Of a stretch of 64,000 nucleotides of DNA, positions 37,070 to 47,819 are shown in pieces. The position numbers and the translations under genes are program-made. Each line of letters starts with the position of its first letter. Position 1 is the first letter of the stretch. The notes beneath the pieces were generated by a model. The model was not told where the DNA came from and ran no database searches. It worked only from the letters and a program-made list of their open reading frames with translations. This DNA comes from Mobula hypostoma. Lineage: Eukaryota. The DNA is taken from NCBI RefSeq assembly GCF_963921235.1, contig NC_086097.1:213840001-213904000 (forward strand), read 5' to 3'.

Positions 37070-37719
37070 GTCTGACAGTTCAGGACAACTTCTTCTCTAA
37101 CAATTGACTTTTCTCTCCTCAACTGATTGATATGTTGTCTCCAAATGACATTCAAGGCAACCTCTGCTGTGTAGGTGACTGGCTCAGTTCTGCCCTTTAA
37201 TCTGTTCAAGTACTAATTTTTGATCACCTCTGTAAGCCCTCTCCAGGACTGCTAGTCTAGGAGTGAAACATCAAACCTTCTTGCTTGAGGAGCCTCAATT
37301 TGTCTCAGCTGTTTGTACTGCAAACTCCTTGTGAGATTGAGCTTGATGATATCCAAGCGTGAGCACAAGGAACATCCCAGGAACAGTATCGCTGGTAAGT
37401 TGTTGGTTACATAGTCTGCTCCATTGCAATATGCAAGGAGGAAATTGGTGAGCTTCTGATTCAGTATCAGTGTAGTGTTTTCTGTCATTGATTGAAGTGC
37501 CTTCTTTAGACATCGGAAAATTTTTTCTTCAAGTTATTTGTAGCTGGGTGGTACGGTGCAAATGTAGTATGTTTTATGCCATTCATTTTTAGGAATGTCT
37601 GAAACTGTTCCACACCAAACTCTGGTCCATCGTCACTGACTAAGTGTTCTGGAACTCCAGTCCTTGAGAAAAGGCTTCTCAACACATCAAAAGTGTGCGA
37701 AGCTGTAATGGAGGCAGAG

Positions 37720-37985
37720 ATAGTGAGTTGGCTCTATTGCAGGGGATGGAGGGTGAAGGAATTCTTTCCAAATTTGAGTGGAGACAATGGGCAATGCCAG
37801 TGGTCCTAGTAGCTAAGAAGGAAGGGTCTGTCAGGATCTGTGGTGATTTTAAGGTCACCATCAACTCAGTACTGAAAATAGATAAATGCCTTCTGCCGAG
37901 GAAAGAAGGTACCTTTGCCAACATTTCAGGAGGGAAGCGCTTCAGCAAAGTGGACTTAACTGAGGCCTGTCTACAGATCTAGATT
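37720..37985 (+). pseudogene. Gypsy A reverse transcriptase, N-terminal part (inverted relative to A)
   Basis: WAMPVVLVAKKEGSVRICGDFKVTIN..FSKVDLTEACLQI. Confidence 0.85.
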
Positions 37986-40900
37986 AAGTTTGCCTCCCAG
38001 GTGCCAGAGTCCAGGATGTTTCTGATCGCGTCCATGATACCTTGAAGTAGGAAGGAGAACAGCCAGAGGTCGTGGTACATATTGGTACCAACAACATCGG
38101 TAGGAAAAGGGAGGAGGTCCTGAAAAAAGACTACAGGGGGTGAGGAAAGAAGTTGAGAAGCAGGACCTCAAAGGTGGTAATCTTGGGATTACTGCCTGTG
38201 CCACGTGACAGTGAGTATAGGAATAGAATGAGGTGGAGAATAAGTGTGTGGCTGAGGGATTGCAGCAGCAGGCAGGGATTCAGATTTCTGGATCATTGGG
38301 ACCTCTTCTGGGGCAGGTGTGACCTGTACAAAAAGGACGGGTTGCATTTGAATCCAGGGAGGACCAATATGCTGGCGGGAAGTTTTGCTAAGGCTATTGG
38401 GGAGAGTTTAAACTAGAGATGCTGGGGGGTGGGAACTGAAGTGACGGAGGAAAAGGAGGTTGGCTCACAAATAGAGAAAGTTTGGAGACAGTGCAAAAGG
38501 GTGGATAGGCAGGTGATAGTGAAGGGATGCACTCGCTCTGATGGTTTGAGATGTGTCTATTTTAATGCTAGGAGTATCATGAATAAAGTGGATGAGCTTA
38601 GAGCATGGATCAGCACTTGGAGCTATGATGTTGTGGCCATTACAGAGACTTGGATGGTGCAGGGGCAGGAATGGCTACTTCAAGTGCCAGGCTTTAGATG
38701 TTTCAGAAAGGATAGGGAGGAAGGCAAAAGAGGTGGGGGCACGACACTGTTGATCAGAGATAATGTCACGGCAGCAGAAAAGGAGGAAGTCATGGAGGGG
38801 TTGTCTACGGAGTCTCCGTGGGTGGAAGTTAGGAACAGGAAAGGGTCAATAACTCTACTGGGTGTTTTTTTATAGTAACAGGGACATCGAGGAGCAGATA
38901 GGGAGATAGATTCTGGAAAGGAGTAATAATAATAAGGTTGTTGTGGTGGGAGATTTTAAATTCCCAAATACTGATTGGCATCTCCCTAGAGTGAGGGGTT
39001 TAGATGGGGTGGAGTCTGTTAGGTGTGCTCAGGAAGGTTTCTTAACACAATATGTAGATAGGCCTACAAGAGGAGAGGCTATGCTTGATCTGGTATTGGG
39101 AAATGAACCTGGTCAGGTGTCAGGTCTCTCAGTGGGAGAGCATTTTGGAGATAATGATCACCATTCTATCTCCTTTACCATAGCACTGGAGAGGGATAGG
39201 AACAGACAAGTTAGGGAAACGTTTAATTGGAATAAAGAGAACTATGAGGCTATCAGGCAGGAACTTGGAAGGATAAATTGGAAACAGATGTTCTCAAGGA
39301 AATGTACCAAGGAAAAATGGCAAATGTTCAGGGGATATTTGCGTGGGGGCCTGAGTAGGTATGTTCCACTGAGACATGGAAAGGCTGATACGGTACAAGA
39401 TCTGTGGTGCACAAAGGATGTTGTAAATCTAGTCAAGAAGAAAAGAAGAGCTTATGAATGGTTCAAAAAACTAAGCAATGTTAGAGATCTAGAAGATTAT
39501 AAGGCTAGCAGGAAGGAATTTAAGAATAAAATTAGAAGACCCAGAAGGGGCCATGAGAAGGCATTGGTGGACAGGATTAAGGAAAACCCCAAGGCATTCT
39601 ACAGATATGCGAAGAGCAAAAGGTTAAGACATGAGAGAATAGGACCAATCAAGTGTGACAATGGAAAAGTGTGTATGGAACCAGAGGAAATAGCGGAGGT
39701 ACTTAATGAATACTTGGCAATTCATTAAGGATCTTGGCGATTGTAGGGATAACTTACAGTGGATTGAAAAGCTTGAGAATGTAGATATTAAGAAAGAGGA
39801 TGTGTTGGAGCTTTTGGAAAGCATCAAGTTGAATAAGTCACCGGGACCGGCTGGGATATACCCCAGGCAACTGTGGGAAGCGAGGGAGAAGATTGCTGAG
39901 CCTCTGGCAATGATCTTTGCATCATCAATGAGGACGGGATAGGTTCTGGAGGATTGGAGAGTTGTGGATGTTGTTCCCTCATTTAAGAAAGGGAGTAGGG
40001 ATAGCCCAGGAAATTATAGGCCAGTGAGTCTTACTTCAGTGGTTGGTAAGTTGCTGGAGAAGATCCTGAGAGGCAGAATTTATCAACATTTGGAGAGACA
40101 TAATATGATTAAGAATAGTCAGCATTGCTTTCTTAAGGGCAAGTCGTGCCTTACGAGCCTGATTGAATTTTTTGAGGATGTGACTAAACACATCGATGAA
40201 GGTACAGCAGTAGATGTAGTGTATATGGATTTCAGCAAGGCATTTGATAAGGTACCCCAAGCAAGGCTTATTGAGAAAGTAAGGAGGCATGGGATCCAAG
40301 GGGACATTGCTTTGTGGATCCAGAACTGCCTTGCCCACAGAAGGCAAAGAGTGGTTGTAAACGGGTTATATTCTGCATGGAGGTCAGTGACCAGTGGTGT
40401 GCCTCAGGGATCTGTTCTGGGACCCCTTCTCTTTGTGATTTTTATAAATGGCCTGGATGAGGAAGTGGAGGGATGGGTTAGTAAATTTGTTGATGACACA
40501 AAGGTTGGGGGTGTTGTGGATAGTGTGGAGGGCTGTCAGAGGTTACAGCGGGACATTGATAGGATGCAAAACTGGGCTGAGAAGTGGCAGATGGAGTTCA
40601 ACCCAGATAAGTGTGAAGTGGTTCATTTTGGTAGGTCAAAAGTGATGGCAGAAATAGCATTAATGGTAAGACTCTTGGCAGTGTGGAGGATCAGAGAGAT
40701 CTTGGGGTCTGAGTCCACAGGACACTCAAAGCTGCTATGCAGGTTGATTCTGTGGTTAGGAAGGCATATGGTGCATTGGCCTTCATCAATCATGTGATTG
40801 ACTTTGAGAGCCAAGAGGTAATATTGCAGCTATATAGGACCCTGGTCAGACCCCACTTGGAGTACCGTGCTCAATTCTGGTCGCCTCACTATAGGAAGGA

Positions 40901-41393
40901 CGTGGAAACCATAGAAAGGGTGCAGAGGAGATTTACGAGGATGTTGCCTGGATTGGGAAGCATGTCTTATGAGAATAGGTTGATTGAACTCGGCCTTTTC
41001 TCCTTGGAGCGATGGAGGATGAGGGGTGACTTGATAGAGGTGTACAAGATAATGAAAGGCATTGATCATGTGGATAGTCAGAGGCTTTTCCCCAGGGTTG
41101 AACTGGCTTGCACGACAGGGCATAATTTTAAGGTGCTTGGAAGTAGGTACAGAGGAGATGTCAGGGGTAAGTTTTTTACGCAGAGAGTGGTGAGTGTGTG
41201 GAATGGGCTGCCAGCGGCGGTGGTGGAGGCAGAAACAATAGGGTCTTTTAAGAGACCCCTGGATGGTTACATGGAGCTTAGAAAAATAGAGGGCTATGGG
41301 TAAAGCCTAGGTAGTTCTAAGGTAGGGACATGTTCGGCACAGCTTTGTGGGCCAAAGGGCCTGTATTGTACTGTATGTTTTCTATGTTTCTAT
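37986..41393 (+). mobile_element. Long CR1 LINE (ORF1 esterase end plus full ORF2 EN-RT with frameshifts) inserted in the Gypsy A RT
   Basis: GFRFLDHW..DGLHLN; APE endonuclease motifs FNARSI, VAITETW, VGDFKFP, LDLVL, DHH; RT motifs; (tttctatg)n tail. Confidence 0.93.
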
Positions 41394-41977
41394 GAAGAAG
41401 ATTCTGAAGTGTTTCTCAGCATAGACTCTCACAAAGAGCATTATCACTATAATAGATCACCTACACTCTGGCAGAAAGCTATGGACCAGATACTGCAAGG
41501 CTGCCCAGGCACTCAGTGTGACCTGGATAACATTATTGTTACTGGTGAGGATGACAAGGAAAATCTCCAAAACTTCAAGACAGTGTTAAAAAATCTAGAA
41601 GATTATGGGCTCAGAATATAATGCGGCAAGTGTGAATTCTTTAAACTAAGTATCACATATTGTGGTCACAGAATTGATGTACAAGTATTACCCAACTGTG
41701 CTGAGAAAATTCAAGCCATGCTGGATGCCCCAAGGCCAAAAGACATGTCACAGTTGAGGTCCTTTTCACGAATTGTCGATTACAGGTTTGGCAGGAACTT
41801 GTCAATAACAGGCTCCTGCCAAACCTGGCTACTGTGTTCCATCCCTTGAACTTATTACTACAGATCAGAAAGAAATGACAATGGACAAAGAGTGTGAAGT
41901 GGCTTTCCTAAAGACAAAGGAAATGGTGATGTCAGACATATTATGATCTACATCGTCTAATTAAGTTTGCCCGTGAT
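41394..41977 (+). pseudogene. Gypsy A reverse transcriptase C-terminal part to start of RNase H (inverted relative to A)
   Basis: WQKAMDQILQGCPGTQCDLDNIIVTG (decayed YxDD), KCEFFK, HYDLHRLIKFARD; continues the RT cut at 37985. Confidence 0.85.
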
Positions 41978-42889
41978 AATGTATCTACTTTGTTTTACTT
42001 TCAGTGACGCGCTCACATATGGCGTAATAGCATACACCATTCGTGGACTTTTTATATAGAACCTGTAATGAAACAAAGAATGCTTACTCAAACAATATAT
42101 TTACAATATTTTTCAAATATTTCTGAAATATTAACATCACTACAGTCAATACCTCCCACCTCATCTTGGGGAGGTGGGGAGAGGGCCCTCAGCATTACAT
42201 CATACATCTCTCCGCACATACAGAAGTACAGGAAGCCTTTTTCCTCAGTTCTATTTTCCTGTTTGTTCACTTGTTGCAAGTTTTACTATTTAAGTTCAAC
42301 TAAGTAGCCTGCTTAAGATGAGGATGGAAGGAGTTAGACGGGTCTTGGCTTGTAAAGATTAGCCATTTCTTGACCACTTGCTGCCTTTCAGGTAAAGAAG
42401 TAGGCCTCTTGTGAAATGGATGACAAAAGTGCAGATCAAAGGAAGCAGGATATCTCTTGCCACACGCTGGAATGATCTTTCTCTGATCTGAAGAGACCTG
42501 TCATCTGCTACTCGGAAACAAACATGCTAAGGTTGAGGTAATGGTTTAGATTTAGTTGTGTTTAGGTTCATAAGGAAATTCTTGAAAACAGAGAGGTCAG
42601 TTAGGAGTCAGATTAGTTTCGGGACAGGGATGGGGTGTTGGAATTAGACATCAGGCTGGAGTCCAGTTTAGAGTGCTCTACAATCAAAGGCCAATGATTC
42701 CTGTGGATAAATGTTTAATCAGTATGCAAAGTGGAAGAAGACCAGCGAGCACGAGGACTGGTAACAACCCCACTTGCTCCAGATTAGCAAGACCCTCCAG
42801 CTCAGTGGCTCCTGGGATCAGAGGTATGTGCAGGCTGGAGGCACAAGGGCCAGAGACTCCCTGCTCCCCCCACCCCCCCACTCCCCAGG

Positions 42890-43088
42890 TCAGCAAGTCG
42901 GCGAAGCTAGAGTTTGTGACTTGGAGTTTCGGGTCCTGTCAATGGCGAGTCCTGGGGTCAATATCAAAGATCGAATCCTGAAGGTCAAACACCAAATTCA
43001 CTGAGTCTGTTAGGGGAGGCCCGATGGGGAAGTTGGAGACCCAGCGTCTTTGAGTCCATTGGAGTCTGAAAGCCCAGAGACAGCCAGT
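42890..43088 (+). repeat. Upstream part of an interspersed repeat whose 3' part appears at 47408-47608
   Basis: gtc/gagtc-rich low-complexity body ending gagacagccag; pairing with 47408 relies on a recalled consensus. Confidence 0.4.
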
Positions 43089-43904
43089 CACCGGAGTATC
43101 TATCTGGTGGAGGAATACTTGATTTTCTGTCAGAAATCCGTCAAGGGAATCGGGACATTCAGGGCTGAGGCTGATGAGACTGCTATAGAGGAAATATGGG
43201 AGGTGCTGATGCTGGGAGTGGGAGTATCTTGGCTGAATTGCAGCAGTGAGAGCAGTAATGGCTGACGCTGATTCTGCCTGTCAGTGGTGAGTTGTTGAAC
43301 TGCCATTGCAAGTGCTGACACCTGTTCTTCCGGCTTCGACTGGGCATTCTGCTCTGAAAGTAATTGATGCACTGAGTGAGCTAATTCCGCCAAACGAGCC
43401 TCCACTGACTTTAACTTCTCCTCTCCTAACTTTAACTTAGCTGTTCTCTCTCCACTGTGTCCATTAGTGGTCAAGTCTTGTTGACATAATGTTTAGTGAT
43501 GGCCCAAGTGCTTAGTGAGAGACACAGCAACAGAATGAACATTTTGCTGAGTTTTAATCAGAACTGTACAGAACCAAAGGAAAATAAGAAAAGCTAGGCC
43601 AACAGGGCTGCTAACAAAATCTCTCAAACTAAAATCAGAAGCAGTAACTTAATTCTAAACAAATTCCACTCTTTTTCAATGTGAATTGAAATTGTAATCT
43701 TCCTTCCTGGAAAGTGGACTGAGAAGAGCAGGGAGCGTTACCGTCACTGTGGTTTGGTCAAGACTCAACAAGACTGAAACGAAAGGAAGGGAGTTAAATA
43801 CAATGACTAATAGACCCTAACTGGCAGGAATGTGCATTCTCACGAGTGTGAATCCAGCCCCCTTTCAGCTGTCCATCTGAAAGGCAGAGTCCGTGGTTGT
43901 GACA
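43089..43904 (-). mobile_element. Chromovirus-type Gypsy element C, 5' half: 5'LTR (43482-43904) and gag N-terminus
   Basis: LTR starts tgtcaca and ends atgtca on minus; homologous to 50590-50944(+); coiled-coil gag start followed by IPPPDRYSGD. Confidence 0.8.
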
Positions 43905-44349
43905 CTAACAGTCCAGTCATACGTCAGCAGTGTGAGCAGCACTTTCCAATTTATGAGTGTGTGTTCTCTGGGTGGTGTGCAGCAACCGAATAACACTTAT
44001 CTGATGCGGTCCCGTCAGGAAAAAATAGATTCCATTTTATGACATCTTTTTCAACATAGATTAGCATGGCACTGTTTCAGACATCTTTTAGGCCACTGCA
44101 CGTTTTTTTGTTGTGTGGAATGTGCAGTAGTGCAAAATGGAAAAACAGCTTGGCTGAACAAAAGATGGTGAAATTCCATTCCATGTGCGTGTGAACGAAT
44201 CGGTGTGCTAGCGAATGGAATTCAGTGAGCAAGTGAGAGAGTGAGTGGAGAATTATGGAGGTGGCCAGAAAGGGAGCAACCTGCTAATCTGTTGAGACCC
44301 AGTGAAGGAAAGCATGAGATAAAAAACAACAGGAATGGAATGTAAATGA

Positions 44350-44429
44350 ACACATGCGCACGCGCACACACTCACACGCACGCACGTGCGCACGCACACA
44401 CACACCCACACACATACACACACATACAT

Positions 44430-44464
<35 letters not shown>
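44350..44464. repeat. Imperfect (CA)n microsatellite
   Basis: Read directly. Confidence 0.95.
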
Positions 44465-44884
44465 ATAATTATCCACAGAGAGCAGCATAAAGACAGATCA
44501 GAATGTCACTGTCATTCATCTGAATTTGTTAAAAGATAGCCATTGTTTAAAGATGAATTCCCAGCCCTTGCTTGCCTTTACATCCAATAGCCATAAGCAA
44601 ACTTTGATGTAAATTGAACAAATCAAGTCCTTTCCATATTTTGTGTTTTGAATATAATCATCATCATCATGCAAAAAGATGGTTGAAGAATATGCTGTTT
44701 TTTAAGGAACTTAATTTGTAATAACTTGACTTTCAGCTGTTGCTAATAACAGCAGCATATATAACATGTTTAACCTGACTATCTAGCAGTATATTTCTCT
44801 TTCGTTCATTGGCGAAGTCTATGCCAATCATATTATGATGTGTCATAGCTTTACCAATTAGTGAAAGAGAAATTTATATGTCTC

Positions 44885-47172
44885 AGTTTTCTGATTCCGT
44901 CCTTGATGACTGCTTTAAATGGGTGGACTGGATTGTATTCAAGGTGTCATCTTCGGGTCTGAATGAGTATGCTGCAGTTGTCACTGACTTCATTAAAACC
45001 TCTGTGGATGAGAGCTCCCCTACGAAAACTTACTGTACACTCCCAAACCAAAAGCCGCAGATGAACCAGGAGTTTCGTAGTCCGCTGAGGGCTAGATATG
45101 GGGTATTTACATCTGGCGACCCACGTCTGTATAAGAAAACCAGGTATGAATTGCGGAGGGCTATTTCAAGAGTGAAGAGATAATTCTGAGCAAGGTTGGA
45201 AGTGAAATTGGATATACATCAACTCTGGCAGGTGTGCAGGCCATTACTTCCTACAAAGCAAAGCCCAATAACATGGATGGCAGCGAAGCTTCACTCCCAG
45301 ATGAGCTCAATGACTTTTAGCTCACTTTTGAGTGGGAGATAAAGCCACCGCTGTCAGGATCCCTGCAGCATCTGGTGACCTTGTGATCTCCGTCTCGGAG
45401 GCTAACATCAGGCTGTCTTGCAAGAGGGTGAACCCTCGCAAGGTGGCAGGGACTGATGGAGTACCTGGTAAGGCTCTGAAAACCTGTGATAGCCAACAGG
45501 CAGGGGTATTCAAAGACATCTTCAATCTCACATTGCTACGGTTGGAAGTTCCCACCTGCTTCAAAAGGGCAACAATTATACCAGTGCCCATGAAGAACAG
45601 GGTGAGCTGCCTTAACAACTATTGTCCAGTAGCACTCACATCTATGGTGATAAAATGCTTTGAGAGTTTGGTCAGGGCCAGAATCAACACCTGTATCAAG
45701 AAGGAGTTGGATCCACAGCAGTTTGCCTACTGCCACAATAGGTCTGCAGCAGACACGATCTCAATGGCTCTCCATTCATCCTTGGATCATGTGGACATTG
45801 GAAATACCTATGTCAGGATGTTATTAATTGACTATAACTCAGTATTTAACACCATCATTCCTACAGTCCTGATCAGAAAGCTACTAAACCTAGGCCTCTG
45901 TACCTCCCTCTGCAACTGGATCCTCAACCTCCAACTGGAAGACCACAGTCCGTGTGAATTGGAAATAACGTCTCCACCTCGCTGACAATCAACACTGGCA
46001 CATCACAGGGGTGTTTACTTAGCCCACTGCGCTACTCTCCCTACGCCCAAATGCCATCTATAAATTTGCTGATGATACAACCATTGTTGGCAGAATTTCA
46101 GATGGTGACGAAAGGACGTACAGGAGTGAGATATACCAGTTAGTTGAGTGGTGTGGCAGCAATAACCTTGCACTCAACGTCAGCAAGACCAAAGAGCTAA
46201 TTGTGGACTTCAGAAAGGATAAGGCAAGGGAACACAAACCAGACCTCACAGAGGGATCAAAAGTGGAGAGAGTGAGCATTTTCAAGATCCTGGGTGTCAA
46301 TGAGGACCTAACCTGGATGCATCATATTGAAAACAACAGGAATTCTGCAGATGCTGGAAATTCAACCAACACACATCGAAGTTGCTGGTGAACACAGCAG
46401 GCCAGGCAGCATCTCTAGGAAGAGACACAGTCGACGTTTCAGGCCGAGACCTGTCCTGACGAAGGGTCTCGGCCGGAAATGTCGACTGTATCTCTTCCTA
46501 GAGATGCTGCCTGGCCTGCTGCGTTCACCAGCAACTTTGATGTGTGTTGCATCATATTGTTGCAGCTATAAAGAAGGCAAGACAGCGGCAATATTTCATT
46601 CGGAGTTTGGGGAGATTTGGTTTGGTAACTAAAACATTTAAAAACTTCTACAAATGTACCATGGACAGCATTCTGACTGGTTGCATCACCATCTGGTATG
46701 GGGAGGGGCTACTGCACAAGATCGAAGTAAGTTGCGGAAACTTGTAAAGTTAGTCAGCTCCATTTTGGGTACTAGCCTCCATAGTATCCAAGACATCTTG
46801 AGTGAGCAGTGCCTTAGGAAGACGGCGTCCATCATTAAGGACCCTCACCACTGAGGACACGTCCTTTTCACATTATTACCATCAGGAAGGAGGTACAGAA
46901 GCCAGAAGACACACACTCAGCGATTCAGGAACAGCTACTTCACCTCTGCCATCTGATTTCTAAATGGAATTTGAACCCATGAACACTACGTCACTACATT
47001 TTTAAATTTCTATTCTTTTGCACTCTTTATTTTAACTTAACTATTTAATAGACATTTATATACTTACCGTAACTCATTTTCTTTATTTATTTATCATGTA
47101 TTTCATTGTACTGCTGTCATAAGTTAAAGAATTTCACGACATATGCCGATGATATTAAACCTGATTCTGGTT
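44885..47172 (+). mobile_element. Long Rex1/Babar LINE remnant
   Basis: PNQKP, VNPRKVAGTDGVPG, CFKRATIIPVP, YVRMLLIDYNSVFNTI, KFADDT, KKARQRQYFIRSL; ctgattctg tail. Confidence 0.9.
46330..46547. mobile_element. Palindromic insert made only of two inverted Penelope terminal repeats
   Basis: Arms 46367-46451 and 46465-46549 are near-perfect reverse complements; 12-bp direct repeat tgcatcatattg at 46318-46329 and 46548-46559; homologous to 63710-63843. Confidence 0.9.
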
Positions 47173-47407
47173 CTGCTGTGGCATCATCCAGCACCTTTTT
47201 AAATTTGCTTTCAGTGGACTATTTCAGGAGTGTGGCATGCAAAAGGTGGATGGATCTCCAGTCACACTGTAGTTGTCTCAGCCAACCACACCCCCACAAT
47301 GCTGGCCTTCCTGTTTTTACCACAGAACAACCCAATGCGGCTTGTTGGTTGTTGTATTTCACTGTTACAAATGCCATTCCCACAGAAGCTATCTTTTCTC
47401 CGGTATA
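47173..47407 (-). pseudogene. Orphan Gypsy protease-region fragment, probably family A
   Basis: YTGEKIASVGMAFVTVKYNNQQ..GRPALWGCGWLRQLQCDW..VLDDAT. Confidence 0.7.
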
Positions 47408-47608
47408 AGGGAGGAAAGGGGCTTGTTTTGCTGTTGCTATTGTGTTTTGTTGCTGCTTGTCTGCTGGCATGCCATGTTGGTTCCAGTTGTGTGGTGGATC
47501 TTGTGGGCTGCCCCCACCAATCCTTAGGTCGTGTTGTCTGTTAATACAAACAAAGCACTTCAGTGTATATATTGATGTACATGCGATAAATTAAGTGAAT
47601 CTGAACCT
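47408..47608 (+). repeat. 3' part and tail of an interspersed retroposon-like repeat
   Basis: GT-rich body ending gatgtacatgcgataaattaagtgaatctgaa. Confidence 0.55.
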
Positions 47609-47819
47609 AAAGCTCAGCAGGAGAGTTGATGTAGCTTAAGTCCCAGGTAAACCACTAGCAGGCATCTAACTCTAACTTCATTTATGTTTCCTCAGTCCAT
47701 GCATGCCCCCTTCAGCATCCTGTCCCTGAGGTGCTGCCCATAGTTTTCCAGACATCGTCTTTTACTATAAAAATGAATATTCAAGAAAGAATTGGAAAAT
47801 GAAATAGAGAATTTTCAGC

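Larger units (their letters stand above)
33530..42144 (-). mobile_element. Gypsy LTR retrotransposon A, decayed and internally rearranged, hosting nested inserts
   Basis: Direct LTRs at 33530-33741 and 41975-42144 (second partial); flanks gtcac/gtcaa; pol C-terminus 33860-34037(-) continuous with integrase 37070-37715(-), LFSRTGVPEHLVSDDGP..PYHPAT. Confidence 0.8.

Noticed and set aside
43130..43474. Domesticated gag gene (PEG10/RTL-like)
   Set aside because: Frameshifted, truncated and still attached to its LTR; an ordinary decayed element.
44336..44357. miR-1/206-like sequence tggaatgtaaa
   Set aside because: Only the first ~11 nt match; no precursor hairpin; runs into a CA repeat.
44253..44539. 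Cys/Val-rich and His/Thr-rich ORFs (also 52528-52890)
   Set aside because: Translations of (CA)n microsatellites.
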